A stretch of 58,310 nucleotides of DNA from an uncultured virus (IMG/VR IMGVR_UViG_2061766007_003026) (Duplodnaviria; Heunggongvirae; Uroviricota; Caudoviricetes), in the IMG/VR virus record IMGVR_UViG_2061766007_003026; one strand, 5' to 3'. A program made the translations under genes and the position numbers. The number at the start of each line of letters is the position of its first letter. Within the stretch, counting starts at the first letter, position 1. Positions 20,078 to 30,147 of the stretch are shown in pieces. The notes below the pieces were generated by a model. It ran no database searches, was not told the origin of the DNA, and saw only the letters and a program-made list of their open reading frames with translations.

Positions 20078-20484
20078 TGTCCTACGCAAGCACCGCACTC
20101 GATACCCGACTCGGGGCGCGCTTCATGGAATCCGTCACCCAGCTGCCGGATGCTCTCGAAACGCTCACGAAGGCAGTCAACAACCTGGTAGAGTCCAAGT
20201 CCGCGCCGCGCGCCATTACCGAGAAGAAAAAGTACTATATGGTCACCAAGGCCGCCCGCGACGGGTCCGAACCTATCCATGTGTCCGCAATTCCGTACAC
20301 CACTCTGGAACATGCCGCGGAAGGCCTGGTGTCCGACATACTTGATGAAGTCCAATCACATGACTGGGACTCCTCCCTGGCGCAAATTTTGCACAGCCAG
20401 GTTACCGACGGGTTCACCGTCCGCTCGCCGGACTCCGACCAAGACCACGAATACGTCTGGAAAGTTTTTGAAGTCTACATCTAA
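20077..20484 (+). CDS. hypothetical protein
   Basis: GGAGG RBS, coupled start. Confidence 0.8.
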   Translation: MSYASTALDTRLGARFMESVTQLPDALETLTKAVNNLVESKSAPRAITEKKKYYMVTKAARDGSEPIHVSAIPYTTLEHAAEGLVSDILDEVQSHDWDSSLAQILHSQVTDGFTVRSPDSDQDHEYVWKVFEVYI

Positions 20485-20498
20485 CAGGAGACCACGGC

Positions 20499-20663
20499 AT
20501 GAGACGTTACGTGATAATGTTCAAACATATAGATAGTAGTTGCGATGGCCATGAAAAACATGAAATCGTCAAGGCCGAAAATGTCGAGCTCGCCCTCGCC
20601 TATGTAAGGAAGAAATATGGCTACTGCACGATACTAAGGAACATCTATTCAGAAGAAATCTAA
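20499..20663 (+). CDS. hypothetical protein (54 aa, not in ORF track)
   Basis: AGGAG RBS; followed by terminator. Confidence 0.65.
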   Translation: MRRYVIMFKHIDSSCDGHEKHEIVKAENVELALAYVRKKYGYCTILRNIYSEEI

Positions 20664-20827
20664 CCGAACGCCTCCCGGAATCCCCCGGGAGGCATTCCCT
20701 TTCCGACAGCACTCCAACCTGCTGACCAGGTACCTCCCTGGACATATATGCATCCCACCGGGTACTCCCCGGGGATTCCGCAGGATTCTCCGGCAGGAAA
20801 CATCCACATATATTCAGGAGACAACCC

Positions 20828-22198
20828 ATGACCAAGAAAACAAGAAACATCGAACTCGACCGCTACCTCCGTCCCCATGCCGTGTGCTACGGGACCGCGG
20901 TCACCCGTTCCATCGTGAACATCATCCGCCTCTGGGCAAACGGCGAAATCGAACACAACAAGGCCAATGACAAGAGAGCCCTCGCCGCGGCCAATAAGGC
21001 CCTCGCCACCGATGCCGAATGGTTCGCCATCCAGCACAAGAAGGGAAACTGGTCCGCAGTGACCAAGCTTACCCCCATTACGTCCGTCGAGCAGGCCAAG
21101 AAGCTCGGCTTCAAACCCTACAAGACCCCCGCCTTCCCCAAGAGATACAACCCGGGAGAACTGGTGGGATGCCAGCACTTCACCTACGGGCAGCTGTACG
21201 CCGCATGGCGCGGCGCGTTCGAGAAAATGATTACCGCCAACACCGACGCGTTCCCGTTCAGCGCAGACCTCCGCGCCCACCCCGACTATTCCGTGGTCGA
21301 AGGAATCGAATGCGCCCCGGATGCAGTGGAAATTATTTTTGAATCTGTCGCCGCGATGTCCCGCGAAATCGACGCCATGTGTGTCGACTTCTACTTCAAC
21401 GACCCCTGGAACGACCAGGCCGACTTCGACGACTATGGCTTCCATATCGAAGGCGGGTTCATCGACAAGAAGGATATCGTCAAGAAGTACCTCCCGGAAG
21501 GCAGCGTGCCCTCCAAGAAAAAACCCGGCAGCGACCTCGACACCGATGCCCTGCTCGAAAAAATAAATGAATATGGCGATGCCCGTGCCGACCAGGATGC
21601 CCCGGCAGCCGAGAAGGCACTCAGCGATATCCGCGAAATCCTCGGCGTTCCCGAAGTGTGGAAACCGGCCAAGTCGGTATTCCATATCTACGAAATCCTG
21701 GATGGAATCGACCAGCGGCGCTCCATCCCGCAGAAAACCCGCAAGGACATCAAGGCCGAAGCCGAGACCATCCTCGGTACCTACCTGCCGGGCGCTACCT
21801 ACGAAGACCCCGTGGCAGACAACTCCAGTGAATGCGAACATGACGAGAATGACCCGGAATGCGACTGGCTGGAACTCTGGTTCAATTACCAAGGCAAGAA
21901 GTTCCACCTCGACTTCATCAAGTATGACAACGGGAAGACCGGGCTCAAACTCTGGATTGCGGGCAACGATGATGTGAATATTTCCTTCTCCGACACCACA
22001 CTGCAATCCCTCAAGGAAACCGCGGACTCCATGGTCAAAGAACAGACCCCGCCGGAAGACCCGGAAACCCGCACGTGGCGTCCGTTCGACGAACTCTTCC
22101 ATAAATACGACGAACTGGAAAAAATCGTCAAAAATCTCCAAAATGACGTAAATAAGCTCAAAAAGAACGAAAATAAATTTTTACTTGTCGCAAAATAA
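20828..22198 (+). CDS. hypothetical protein (456 aa, C-terminal coiled coil)
   Basis: RBS, element 20755, long ORF. Confidence 0.85.
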   Translation: MTKKTRNIELDRYLRPHAVCYGTAVTRSIVNIIRLWANGEIEHNKANDKRALAAANKALATDAEWFAIQHKKGNWSAVTKLTPITSVEQAKKLGFKPYKTPAFPKRYNPGELVGCQHFTYGQLYAAWRGAFEKMITANTDAFPFSADLRAHPDYSVVEGIECAPDAVEIIFESVAAMSREIDAMCVDFYFNDPWNDQADFDDYGFHIEGGFIDKKDIVKKYLPEGSVPSKKKPGSDLDTDALLEKINEYGDARADQDAPAAEKALSDIREILGVPEVWKPAKSVFHIYEILDGIDQRRSIPQKTRKDIKAEAETILGTYLPGATYEDPVADNSSECEHDENDPECDWLELWFNYQGKKFHLDFIKYDNGKTGLKLWIAGNDDVNISFSDTTLQSLKETADSMVKEQTPPEDPETRTWRPFDELFHKYDELEKIVKNLQNDVNKLKKNENKFLLVAK

Positions 22199-22398
22199 TT
22201 TTTGCTTGCCTCCTGACGAAGCCTCCCGGAACCCCCGGGAGGCTTTCGCCTTTCCGGCAGTTTTGTCCCGGAATTCCAGTCGCCTGTCCCAGTATGCCAT
22301 CCTGCTGTCCCAGCCAAAATATACACCCCACCGGGTACCACCCGGGGACACCCGAATCTTCCCCGGCAGGTAACCCTTACCCGCAAGGAGAACAACAC

Positions 22399-22827
22399 AT
22401 GATTGCACCTAAAATGAAGATTACCGGGGCCATCCTCGTCCACCTCGACCTCGTCGCCCGGAAGTACCCGGAAGAATACCAGCGCTTCTCCGAGGAGTAC
22501 GACAAGCTTCAGGAAGATGCCGCCACCCATTACGCCGTGCCGTCCAGCGTCCTCGAGGATGCCGTTGCCCAGTTCAACGACGAAGACCACGATAGCGACT
22601 ATGCCGGTATCACCGAGGCCGCCAAGGCCATCGTCGCCCGGTTCCGCCAGGACGGCATCGAGGTCGAACCAGTCTACACCAAGGACAGGCACGACATCAT
22701 GTTCGCCATCAGACCCGGCGACCTCTACACGGCCACCCTCACCAACACCGGCAGGCAGGTCATTGCCTTCCTCGGAGACGAATGCGACTACCTGCCAGAG
22801 GAGGACACCAAATGGCCCAACCAGTAA
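22399..22827 (+). CDS. hypothetical protein (start reassigned)
   Basis: AAGGAG RBS, element 22328. Confidence 0.8.
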   Translation: MIAPKMKITGAILVHLDLVARKYPEEYQRFSEEYDKLQEDAATHYAVPSSVLEDAVAQFNDEDHDSDYAGITEAAKAIVARFRQDGIEVEPVYTKDRHDIMFAIRPGDLYTATLTNTGRQVIAFLGDECDYLPEEDTKWPNQ

Positions 22828-23123
22828 AATTCTATTCCGCGCCAATGCTCGTCGCCCCGATTCTCACGACTGACGAACTCAGGGTGGCCAGGGTACAGCG
22901 CCCGGAAACCATAGCCCACCGGGTAATCCCCGGGGACACCCGAGGAACCCCCGGGAGGTAACACACATTCATCAGGACGGGTGTCCCCGCGCAGTAATCG
23001 TAGAAAAGGGCGTGGAACAGGACATGCCGGGAAGGAAAGCCCCACTACAGGCGAGTACTCCTAAGCCGGGAATGCCGACGCGGCCCCGGACCCGTCTAAT
23101 TTTTTTATCCATAGGAGACAAGC

Positions 23124-24206
23124 ATGGCAAAGACCAAGAAACCAGCCAAGAAGGCCACCATCGACGCTCTCGTCAAGACCGCCGGGAAGGGCTTGGAGAA
23201 GATTGACAATAAACTGGCCACTCTTGTTTTCGACGCGTTCCACAGCAGGAACTGCGTCCGCCAATTGAGGAGCGGGGTGACCGTTTCCGCAGAGGACTGG
23301 GATTCGTACGAATACACCTACGTGTTCGAGGTGGACGAGTCCTACTACCGCATCACCCACTTTAGCGGTACCAGTATGTACACCATCGGCCCCGACGAGG
23401 GCTTCGACGACAATAGCGTCGAGATACGACCCACCGCCAAGTCCATCCGCGAGGCGGTGGAGAACTTCGAGCGCAAGGACTCCGGCGAGGAAGAAGCCGG
23501 CGAGAAGAAATATGAATTTACCGGGGAAACCAAGAAGCTTTACGGGCACACCCTGCAACGCATCCGCGCCGTCCGCAAGATTACCGACCCTAATGTGGAT
23601 GATTGGGTAATCAATGAAGGCGACCTCGGTGGCTGGATTGAGAGCGAAAAAAATCTTTCTCACGACGGCGCGGCCTGGGTAGACCATGAGGCTTGCGTAT
23701 ATGAAGAGGCGAAGGTCTACGGCAATGGCTACGTCAGAGACACTGCCAATGTCTACGGCGGTGCCAGGGTCAGCGGCAATGCAGTTGTCTACGAAAATGC
23801 CGTTGTCTACGGCCTTGCAGAGGTATACGGCGGTGCCAGGGTCAGCGGCAATGCCAATGTCTACGGTAGTGCCAAGGTCTACGACCATGCAGAGGTATAC
23901 GACCATGCAGAGGTCTGCGGCAGGGCCACAGTCTTCGACAATGCCTTGGTCTACGACAATGCCCGGGTCTATGGCGATGCCGTGGTCCGCAGTGATGGCT
24001 GGGTCGGCGGCAATGACAATGTCTACGGCAATACAGTGGTCGGCGGCAATGACACCGATGAACCCGATAATACTACCGAGCCCGAGACCGAGGACACCCT
24101 CAAGCACCGCATGACCGTCCTCGAAGGCCGAGTTGACAAGCTTGCCTCCGAGATGAAGGCGACCGTCAAGGACATCAAGTCCATCAAGAAGAAACTCAAC
24201 ATGTAA
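23124..24206 (+). CDS. phage protein with hexapeptide (left-handed beta-helix-like) VYGNARV repeats
   Basis: KKYEFTGETK..LQRIRA..GDLGGWIESEKNL followed by (A.VYG/D/N)n repeats. Confidence 0.85.
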   Translation: MAKTKKPAKKATIDALVKTAGKGLEKIDNKLATLVFDAFHSRNCVRQLRSGVTVSAEDWDSYEYTYVFEVDESYYRITHFSGTSMYTIGPDEGFDDNSVEIRPTAKSIREAVENFERKDSGEEEAGEKKYEFTGETKKLYGHTLQRIRAVRKITDPNVDDWVINEGDLGGWIESEKNLSHDGAAWVDHEACVYEEAKVYGNGYVRDTANVYGGARVSGNAVVYENAVVYGLAEVYGGARVSGNANVYGSAKVYDHAEVYDHAEVCGRATVFDNALVYDNARVYGDAVVRSDGWVGGNDNVYGNTVVGGNDTDEPDNTTEPETEDTLKHRMTVLEGRVDKLASEMKATVKDIKSIKKKLNM

Positions 24207-24328
24207 CCCCGGGAAACCCCGGGAACCCAAGGTGCGTATGTAGCCCACCGGGTACTCCCCGGGGACACCCTGTACGGACCCGGGAGGTAACCGAGTATCG
24301 TAAACACCAACCACTCAAGGAGACTATA

Positions 24329-24829
24329 ATGGGACAATTCTCGTGGAAATGCGCCGATACCGGAAATGCCATCCTGGATGACTACACGGACACCACCGGC
24401 CTCAAGCCGAACGTCACCACCAAGGCGTACATGCCGATTCCCAAGGAATTCGGGGGCGGCTGCTTCTTCGTCGACAATTCAAAGAAGGGGTTCGTGTACG
24501 ACGGATACGGCAGGTTCTTCGACCAGCAGGGCAACAGCCATGACGTGTATGTCGAACTCGCCAGATGGAACGGGCTACTCCCGGAAAACTTCGACCCGAA
24601 CGACGAAAAACAGGTCCAGAAGGCCAGGTGCGCCGCAATCGAACTGTACTACACCCCGGAAAACCCAAAACTTTCCCAGTACAGCGAGGGCAACTACAAC
24701 TCCCCGGAAGTCATGAAGTTCCCCCTCAAGCTCACCGAAAGGGAAACATCCTACGAACGGGCAGGCACCGCGACCGACGACCCCAACCAGGGATGGGGCG
24801 AACCAGACGACGAGGACACCGGCTACTAA
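24329..24829 (+). CDS. hypothetical phage protein (MGQFSW...YDGYGRF...DPNQGW)
   Basis: AAGGAG RBS, element 24245. Confidence 0.85.
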   Translation: MGQFSWKCADTGNAILDDYTDTTGLKPNVTTKAYMPIPKEFGGGCFFVDNSKKGFVYDGYGRFFDQQGNSHDVYVELARWNGLLPENFDPNDEKQVQKARCAAIELYYTPENPKLSQYSEGNYNSPEVMKFPLKLTERETSYERAGTATDDPNQGWGEPDDEDTGY

Positions 24830-24923
24830 CAGTAACCCACCGGGTACACCCCGGACCATCCCGGGGATTCCCCGGGAGGGAACCAGGTTATTGAAAAAAT
24901 TTTTTTACCACAGGAGACACCAC

Positions 24924-25211
24924 ATGGCACTTCTCTCTATCATCAACAAAAAGAACGACCCCCTGATGGCCGTCCTCTCCGACAAACAGCTCGACACGCT
25001 CAAGGACCTCGTCAAGATTACGAGCGAACACCTCGACCTCGCCGAAATCAACTACGATACCGGCACGGTCCATGTCTCCATGACCTACAACGAGGGAACC
25101 CCGCAGCAGTTCACCGAACAGGACTTCATCGTCGTCAACGTCGGTGCCGACTCCGTCCCCGCCATCTTCAAGGACGTCTTCACCGCCGTCTACGACCGCG
25201 TAATGTACTAG
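24924..25211 (+). CDS. hypothetical protein
   Basis: AGGAG RBS, element 24837. Confidence 0.8.
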   Translation: MALLSIINKKNDPLMAVLSDKQLDTLKDLVKITSEHLDLAEINYDTGTVHVSMTYNEGTPQQFTEQDFIVVNVGADSVPAIFKDVFTAVYDRVMY

Positions 25212-25220
25212 GAGGAACCC

Positions 25221-25454
25221 ATGGGACAGATTACTGACTTCATCGTCAAGGCAAACAAGGCCAACCACGACAAGTACAGCCTGGAAGGCAGACCCCTACA
25301 GGAAGCCATCCTCGCACTCGGCTCACCATGGATTCTCGTCAGCTCGGAATCCGGCAAGGCCGAACTCCTCCGGCCCGGAACCGGCAGCGTCACCCTCCAC
25401 ACCGACCAAGACGGCACCGTAACCAAGGCGGTGTTCTCCACCATAAACGCGTAA
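25221..25454 (+). CDS. hypothetical protein
   Basis: GGAGG RBS. Confidence 0.75.
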   Translation: MGQITDFIVKANKANHDKYSLEGRPLQEAILALGSPWILVSSESGKAELLRPGTGSVTLHTDQDGTVTKAVFSTINA

Positions 25455-25545
25455 CCCACCGGGTACTCCCCGGGGACATCCAGGATTCCCCCGGAAGGCA
25501 ACCCCTCTCTTGCCGTAAAAATATTTTTTTATTACAGGAGCCACC

Positions 25546-26112
25546 ATGAACCTGAAATACATCACCGAACCGCTCGACAAGTACGTCACCCGTACCAAGA
25601 ACGCGAACATGACCTATACCCGCACGACAATCACGTGCCCGCTCTGCATGGCCCCGTTCGCCAAGCGCGACTTCGAGAACCATGTCTACAACGGCCACGG
25701 CACCCGCGTCGACGAATGCTTCGCCAAGCTCTTCGGTATCTCCCATCCCTCCCGCTGTACCTGCGGGAAGGAACTCCACTACTCCCCCAACCACAAGGGC
25801 TTCCCCACCACGTGCGGCAACTGCGCCACGGGAACCCTCACCGGGGTGGAGTACAAGTCGGTAGACGACGCCAACGCCCACGTCAGCCAGCTCGAGGCAC
25901 TCCTAGCACAGGCAAGGGCCCAGGCCAGGAAACTCGAGAAGGAAGCTGAACTCGAAAAGATTCCTCTCGAGAAACTACCCTTCCCCTCCAGGAAGGACCC
26001 CTCGCTCCTCATACGAATCTCCAAGCTCCTCCGTACACACGCAGTCAACGGGGACAGGAACAAGCTTATCGAACTCGCCAACTTCATCGACAAGAAGGTG
26101 GCCGAAATCTGA
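25546..26112 (+). CDS. zinc-finger protein (CxxC-H-H plus CxC...CxxC) with coiled coil
   Basis: CPLC...HVYNGH; CTCG...CGNC. Confidence 0.75.
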   Translation: MNLKYITEPLDKYVTRTKNANMTYTRTTITCPLCMAPFAKRDFENHVYNGHGTRVDECFAKLFGISHPSRCTCGKELHYSPNHKGFPTTCGNCATGTLTGVEYKSVDDANAHVSQLEALLAQARAQARKLEKEAELEKIPLEKLPFPSRKDPSLLIRISKLLRTHAVNGDRNKLIELANFIDKKVAEI

Positions 26113-26207
26113 TACCCACCGGGTACTCCCCGGGGACACCGTGCCTGCCCCCGGAAGGAAACCTACATCCACACGGACATTTAAACATTACAACAAGGAG
26201 CAACACC

Positions 26208-26726
26208 ATGCTTAAAACCGTAGCCGCCATCGTCGTCGCAGCCATCGTAGCAGTACTGGGCGCCGACATCTACCTGGTAGCCACCTGCCAGGCAACCACC
26301 AACACCTTCATCGAACTCGCTGTCGGTGCTGCCGCCACTCTCGCCCTCGCCGTCACCGGCATCGTCAGGGGAATCCGTGCCCTAATCAGGAACCGCGGAA
26401 ACTCCTCGCTGGCCACACGTATCGAGGAACTCTCCGACAAGGTCGACGACCTCAAGTATACCGTCGAACAGCAGACCAGTACCATCAGCGAACTCGAATC
26501 CACTGTCGACTCCCTGAAGGACTCCCTGCCCGAATCCCCGGATGCCTGGCAACCTGCCGTGAATACCGAGGACCCTGACGGGAAAATCCACCTGGTCTAC
26601 ACGCTGCCCAACGAAGGTACCTTCGACGAGGCCCTCCATGCAGCCCGCGACTCCATCAAGGCCAGGGAGGACGAAGGCCAGCCCATCACGAACCCGAGAA
26701 TCACGGTAAACCCCGTCTTCTACTAA
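26208..26726 (+). CDS. membrane protein, two TM helices plus coiled coil
   Basis: hydrophobic N-terminus; LATRIEELSDKVDDLK heptads. Confidence 0.8.
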   Translation: MLKTVAAIVVAAIVAVLGADIYLVATCQATTNTFIELAVGAAATLALAVTGIVRGIRALIRNRGNSSLATRIEELSDKVDDLKYTVEQQTSTISELESTVDSLKDSLPESPDAWQPAVNTEDPDGKIHLVYTLPNEGTFDEALHAARDSIKAREDEGQPITNPRITVNPVFY

Positions 26727-26744
26727 CCGAATCCGTCTCCTGAC

Positions 26745-26790
26745 AAAGCCCGGACCCATGTGGGTCCGGGCTTTTTTATTTTTTTATTTT
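26745..26790 (+). terminator. intrinsic terminator
   Basis: AAAGCCCGGACCCA-TG-TGGGTCCGGGCTTTTTT perfect stem plus T tract. Confidence 0.85.
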
Positions 26791-26899
26791 CCCGCCGGAA
26801 CATCCCGGGAACCCCGCCTTCCTCCCAGGGCCCCTGGGTTACTATATGCCCCACCGGGTACCACCCGGGGACACCCGAACCTCCCAGGGACCCCGCCGG

Positions 26900-27345
26900 A
26901 TTCTCCTAGGTGCTCCCATGTGCACTACAGGACACTCCCGGTTCCTCCCAGGTGCTCCCATGTGCAGTATATGGATGGCATGGCCACCCCGGATGCTCCC
27001 GGATGTTCCGGCGGGGTCTCCGGCGGGGTCTCCGGGAGGTTCCGGGAGGTTCCGGGAAGGGTCAGGGGAAGGTACGGGAGAGTACGGGAGAGTACGGGAG
27101 GAAACGGAGGGGAATCCGGCAGGAAACTTACAAAAATGTAAGTTTTGTGTAAATTTCTGGTTACGTTCATGTCCATAATGGATAAAAGTGGCGTTTTTGG
27201 GTCAAAAACGGCAATTTCACCTCTCGTTGAACGCGAATTTGACCTCCCGTTTCCTCCCATTTCCTCCCACGTTCCCCCCATCCTCCCCACTGCCTCCCGC
27301 GCGGTCTAAAAAATTGTGGAATACTGCACTTTAGTACAGTACCCC
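26900..27345. other. putative replication origin (or genome-end junction)
   Basis: non-coding; 10-bp-phased GGGAG repeats on the left and CCTCCC repeats on the right of an AT-rich core with palindromes; C-to-G skew switch. Confidence 0.55.
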
Positions 27346-27620
27346 GACCGTTTCCCCTGCGGGGTCTGCAAGTCGGTGCCCTAGCGCCATTTTTCTGTAG
27401 TGACCCTACCGGGGAGCCGGGGAACTTTCCGGGGGAATCCGGCGGTGGAGCCCATGGTGCAATCGGGGGGTGGGTGCGTGGTGGACGGCCCTGCCGGGGA
27501 ATCCTTCGGGTCTTTCCTGGTGGAAACCACCGGGTATCTCCCGGGGACACTCCGGGATTCTCCGGGAGGGAACGGGGGTATGTAAGAATTTAACATTTTC
27601 CGGGAAGGAGGACGAATAGG

Positions 27621-28010
27621 ATGCCAGTATTGAGCGCATACGAGGCGAGGGAGCTCCAGAAGAGTTGCGGGGTTCCGTCCACCGACAGCGAGGCAGCTGT
27701 CGGGAAGGCCATGGAGGTCATTTCCGATGAAATCCGGCAGATAGTGTCGAGCGACCCCAACGCGTGCCGCGTGACTTACCTGTACGAGGACGACCATGTC
27801 TGCAACACGATGATATACACGCAGGACGAGCGGGGGAAGCTGGCTGACCTCGTCCCGCTGAGGTACTACGAGGAATTGAAGAAGCGGCTCGAAGCTGCCG
27901 GTTACGTCGTGAGGCGCGTGGACTCGAGTCACGCTGACGGGAGCGTCCCCCGCACCGGGCGAATCATGGTATACTGGCGTCAGCCTACCGACCCTGCCGA
28001 GTGGCGCTAA
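27621..28010 (+). CDS. hypothetical protein
   Basis: AAGGAGG RBS, element 27527. Confidence 0.8.
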   Translation: MPVLSAYEARELQKSCGVPSTDSEAAVGKAMEVISDEIRQIVSSDPNACRVTYLYEDDHVCNTMIYTQDERGKLADLVPLRYYEELKKRLEAAGYVVRRVDSSHADGSVPRTGRIMVYWRQPTDPAEWR

Positions 28011-28105
28011 ATTCCCTAGGTCCCACCGGGTTCTGCCCGGGGATGTTCCGGGATTCTCCGGGAGGGAACGGGGGTATGTAGGAATTTTTTCACAAGGAGT
28101 CTTAT

Positions 28106-28528
28106 ATGTGGGAATTGGATACGGACAGGAAGCCGAAGAGGGCCATCGAGTACGTCATGGACATCCATACGAGGGCCGGGGCGTGCCCGGTCGGCGTGGT
28201 GGAGGAGTCCCTCGCCGGGGACGCCTGCCGCTGGGGAAGGGGCTGGTCTGTCGGCTTCGTGTACGGCGGGGACACCGTGAGGTGCACGGAGGGCACGGCG
28301 GGCACGCTGGACTTCGACGAGGGCGACTTCCTCGACATCGCGGCGTCCGTAGCCGGCCGTACCGGGATGTACCTCCGTTGCTATCCCGTGGTCGACACGT
28401 ACGGGGACCCGAGGTGCGTGAAGGAGCTTTTCTTCAGGTCGAGGCGTACCGCCGTCCGTTTCCTGCGAAGGCTCGGGGAGGTACGCTCGGAGGAGGAACG
28501 GGCGGTGCTCGGGTCCTCCGGGGAGTAG
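28106..28528 (+). CDS. hypothetical protein
   Basis: AAGGAG RBS, element 28023. Confidence 0.75.
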   Translation: MWELDTDRKPKRAIEYVMDIHTRAGACPVGVVEESLAGDACRWGRGWSVGFVYGGDTVRCTEGTAGTLDFDEGDFLDIAASVAGRTGMYLRCYPVVDTYGDPRCVKELFFRSRRTAVRFLRRLGEVRSEEERAVLGSSGE

Positions 28529-28641
28529 CGGTAACCACCGGGTTCTGCCCGGGGACATCCGGGGATTCTCCCGGAGGGAACGGGGGTATGGGAAAATCAA
28601 GGAAACCAAGGTAAAATTTTTTTAACATAAGGAGACGCGCA

Positions 28642-29202
28642 ATGAGCAAGAACAAGAGCGACAGCAAGAGCAAGGGAACGGGGAAGGGGACGGCGAAGGC
28701 GCCGGGGAAGCCCGCGAAGGCCTTCGACAGCATCATGGAGTCCCTGTTCGACATCCTCGGGGATATGGACACTAGCAACATGGAACACGGCGACGACTAC
28801 GACCTCGATGTCGGTTTCAGCGACGAGGTGGACTGCACCTTCATCGACTATTCCGTGAAGCGCCTCCTCGGCCTGGCGTTCGGCGGGGACGAGGACTTTA
28901 CCGCTGACGGGGACGTGCATATCGGGTGGGACGTGACTTCCCGGAAGACCGAGCACTGGGTCACGGTGTCCTTCGGCTACCGCGAGTGCACCGGGAGCAT
29001 CGTGCTGCTCGTCCGGGACGGGGTACGGAGCGCGAACATGAACGTGCGCTACTATTCCAGGGACTTCGACATGGCGCACGAGTCCAATGTCGCGTTCACC
29101 ACGGTGGACGGCCTGGGCGATACCCTCGGCAAAGTGTGTGACGCCCTCCGCGTGAAGTGCCTGAAGGCTGCCGCGAAGAAGTACGGGGTGAAGGTATTGT
29201 AA
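28642..29202 (+). CDS. hypothetical protein
   Basis: TAAGGAG RBS. Confidence 0.8.
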   Translation: MSKNKSDSKSKGTGKGTAKAPGKPAKAFDSIMESLFDILGDMDTSNMEHGDDYDLDVGFSDEVDCTFIDYSVKRLLGLAFGGDEDFTADGDVHIGWDVTSRKTEHWVTVSFGYRECTGSIVLLVRDGVRSANMNVRYYSRDFDMAHESNVAFTTVDGLGDTLGKVCDALRVKCLKAAAKKYGVKVL

Positions 29203-29229
29203 AAAATTTTTAACATAAGGAGACTCACA

Positions 29230-29949
29230 ATGCGCAAGAACAAGAAAAACCCGTTGCAGACGTACAATCCCGCCAGGCAGCTCCGTATGGGAACCTGCGA
29301 GGTCACCCGCGTGGAAGGCGCTATGGAAGGCACGGAAACGCTGTGCATCCAGTTTTTCCCGTACTGTTATAAGTACCCCGTCACGGTAGACCTGGGCGAC
29401 ACCGACCTTGAACCGTTCGCACCGGGAACCCCGTGGAAGGAAATTTTGAAGAGCGCGGTGGAGACCGAGTTCTCGTTCCTGGGCAAGACCTTCCATGTGT
29501 GCCTCCGCTGTGCCAAGTACCCGGACTTCGGGAGCGAGGGGGTCGAATTGGCCCTGCACACGACCTTCACGAAGAATGTGAAGTCCGGCATCGGCGTCAC
29601 CGCGAAGCCGTTCGCGGTTTGGAGTATCGAAGCCTGGAACGACCCCGGCAAGACGGAGAATGCCGAAAAGAAGGCGTTTGTCTACGCGGTGAGCGTGGCG
29701 TCGTACTACGAGGACAGCGGGGAGCTGACGAGCCACTGCGCCGCGTTCGACACGCCGGAGAAGGCCGCGGACTGGTTCGAGACGGACTGGAACGAGCAGG
29801 CCGGGTTCTACGGGGGCAGGAAGCTCACCAAGAAGGCCAAGGCCGGGTTCCTCGCGTCCCTGAAGGGGAAGGACGGGGTCGCCGAGGCCGCGAGCCCCGA
29901 CGGATGGGGCCCGTGGTTCCAGTGGAAGGGCGTGAGGAATGAACCGTAA
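29230..29949 (+). CDS. hypothetical protein
   Basis: TAAGGAG RBS. Confidence 0.8.
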   Translation: MRKNKKNPLQTYNPARQLRMGTCEVTRVEGAMEGTETLCIQFFPYCYKYPVTVDLGDTDLEPFAPGTPWKEILKSAVETEFSFLGKTFHVCLRCAKYPDFGSEGVELALHTTFTKNVKSGIGVTAKPFAVWSIEAWNDPGKTENAEKKAFVYAVSVASYYEDSGELTSHCAAFDTPEKAADWFETDWNEQAGFYGGRKLTKKAKAGFLASLKGKDGVAEAASPDGWGPWFQWKGVRNEP

Positions 29950-29963
29950 AAATTTTTTAACAT

Positions 29964-30063
29964 AAGGAGACGCATCGTCCATCGGGCCTTCGACGACTTC
30001 CGGGCGGCAGTCAAGGGCACGAAGTTCGAGGGAAAGGTCACCCTGGCGTTCCCCGCGGAGTAG
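29964..30063 (+). pseudogene. 5'-truncated remnant copy of gene 31274-31522
   Basis: RBS without ATG joined to ~85 nt nearly identical to 31436-31522. Confidence 0.8.
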
Positions 30064-30147
30064 CCCACCGGGTATCTCCCGGGGACCCGCCGGGATGTTC
30101 CCGGAGGGAACGGGGAGGTACAAGGGACACATCACAAGGAGACAACC

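Larger units (their letters stand above)
1955..22250 (+). terminator. Repeated intrinsic-terminator-like hairpin family CCTCCCGGG-N3-5-CCCGGGAGG + T-rich tail
   Basis: Copies at approx. 1955,3976,5829,6286,6957,9736,10866,11858,12684,13268,14261,14419,15247,15973,17380,19697,20671,22222, mostly just after stop codons and followed by TTTC/TTTT. Confidence 0.8.

Noticed and set aside
1027..22399. N-terminal ORF extensions containing PPGT/HRV/TG-PG peptides (1027, 14453, 15862, 17442, 22294)
   Set aside because: They are translations of the repeat element; true starts follow the AAGGAG RBS.
26758..27550. Short ORFs across the origin-like region
   Set aside because: Low-complexity translations of direct repeats, no RBS.
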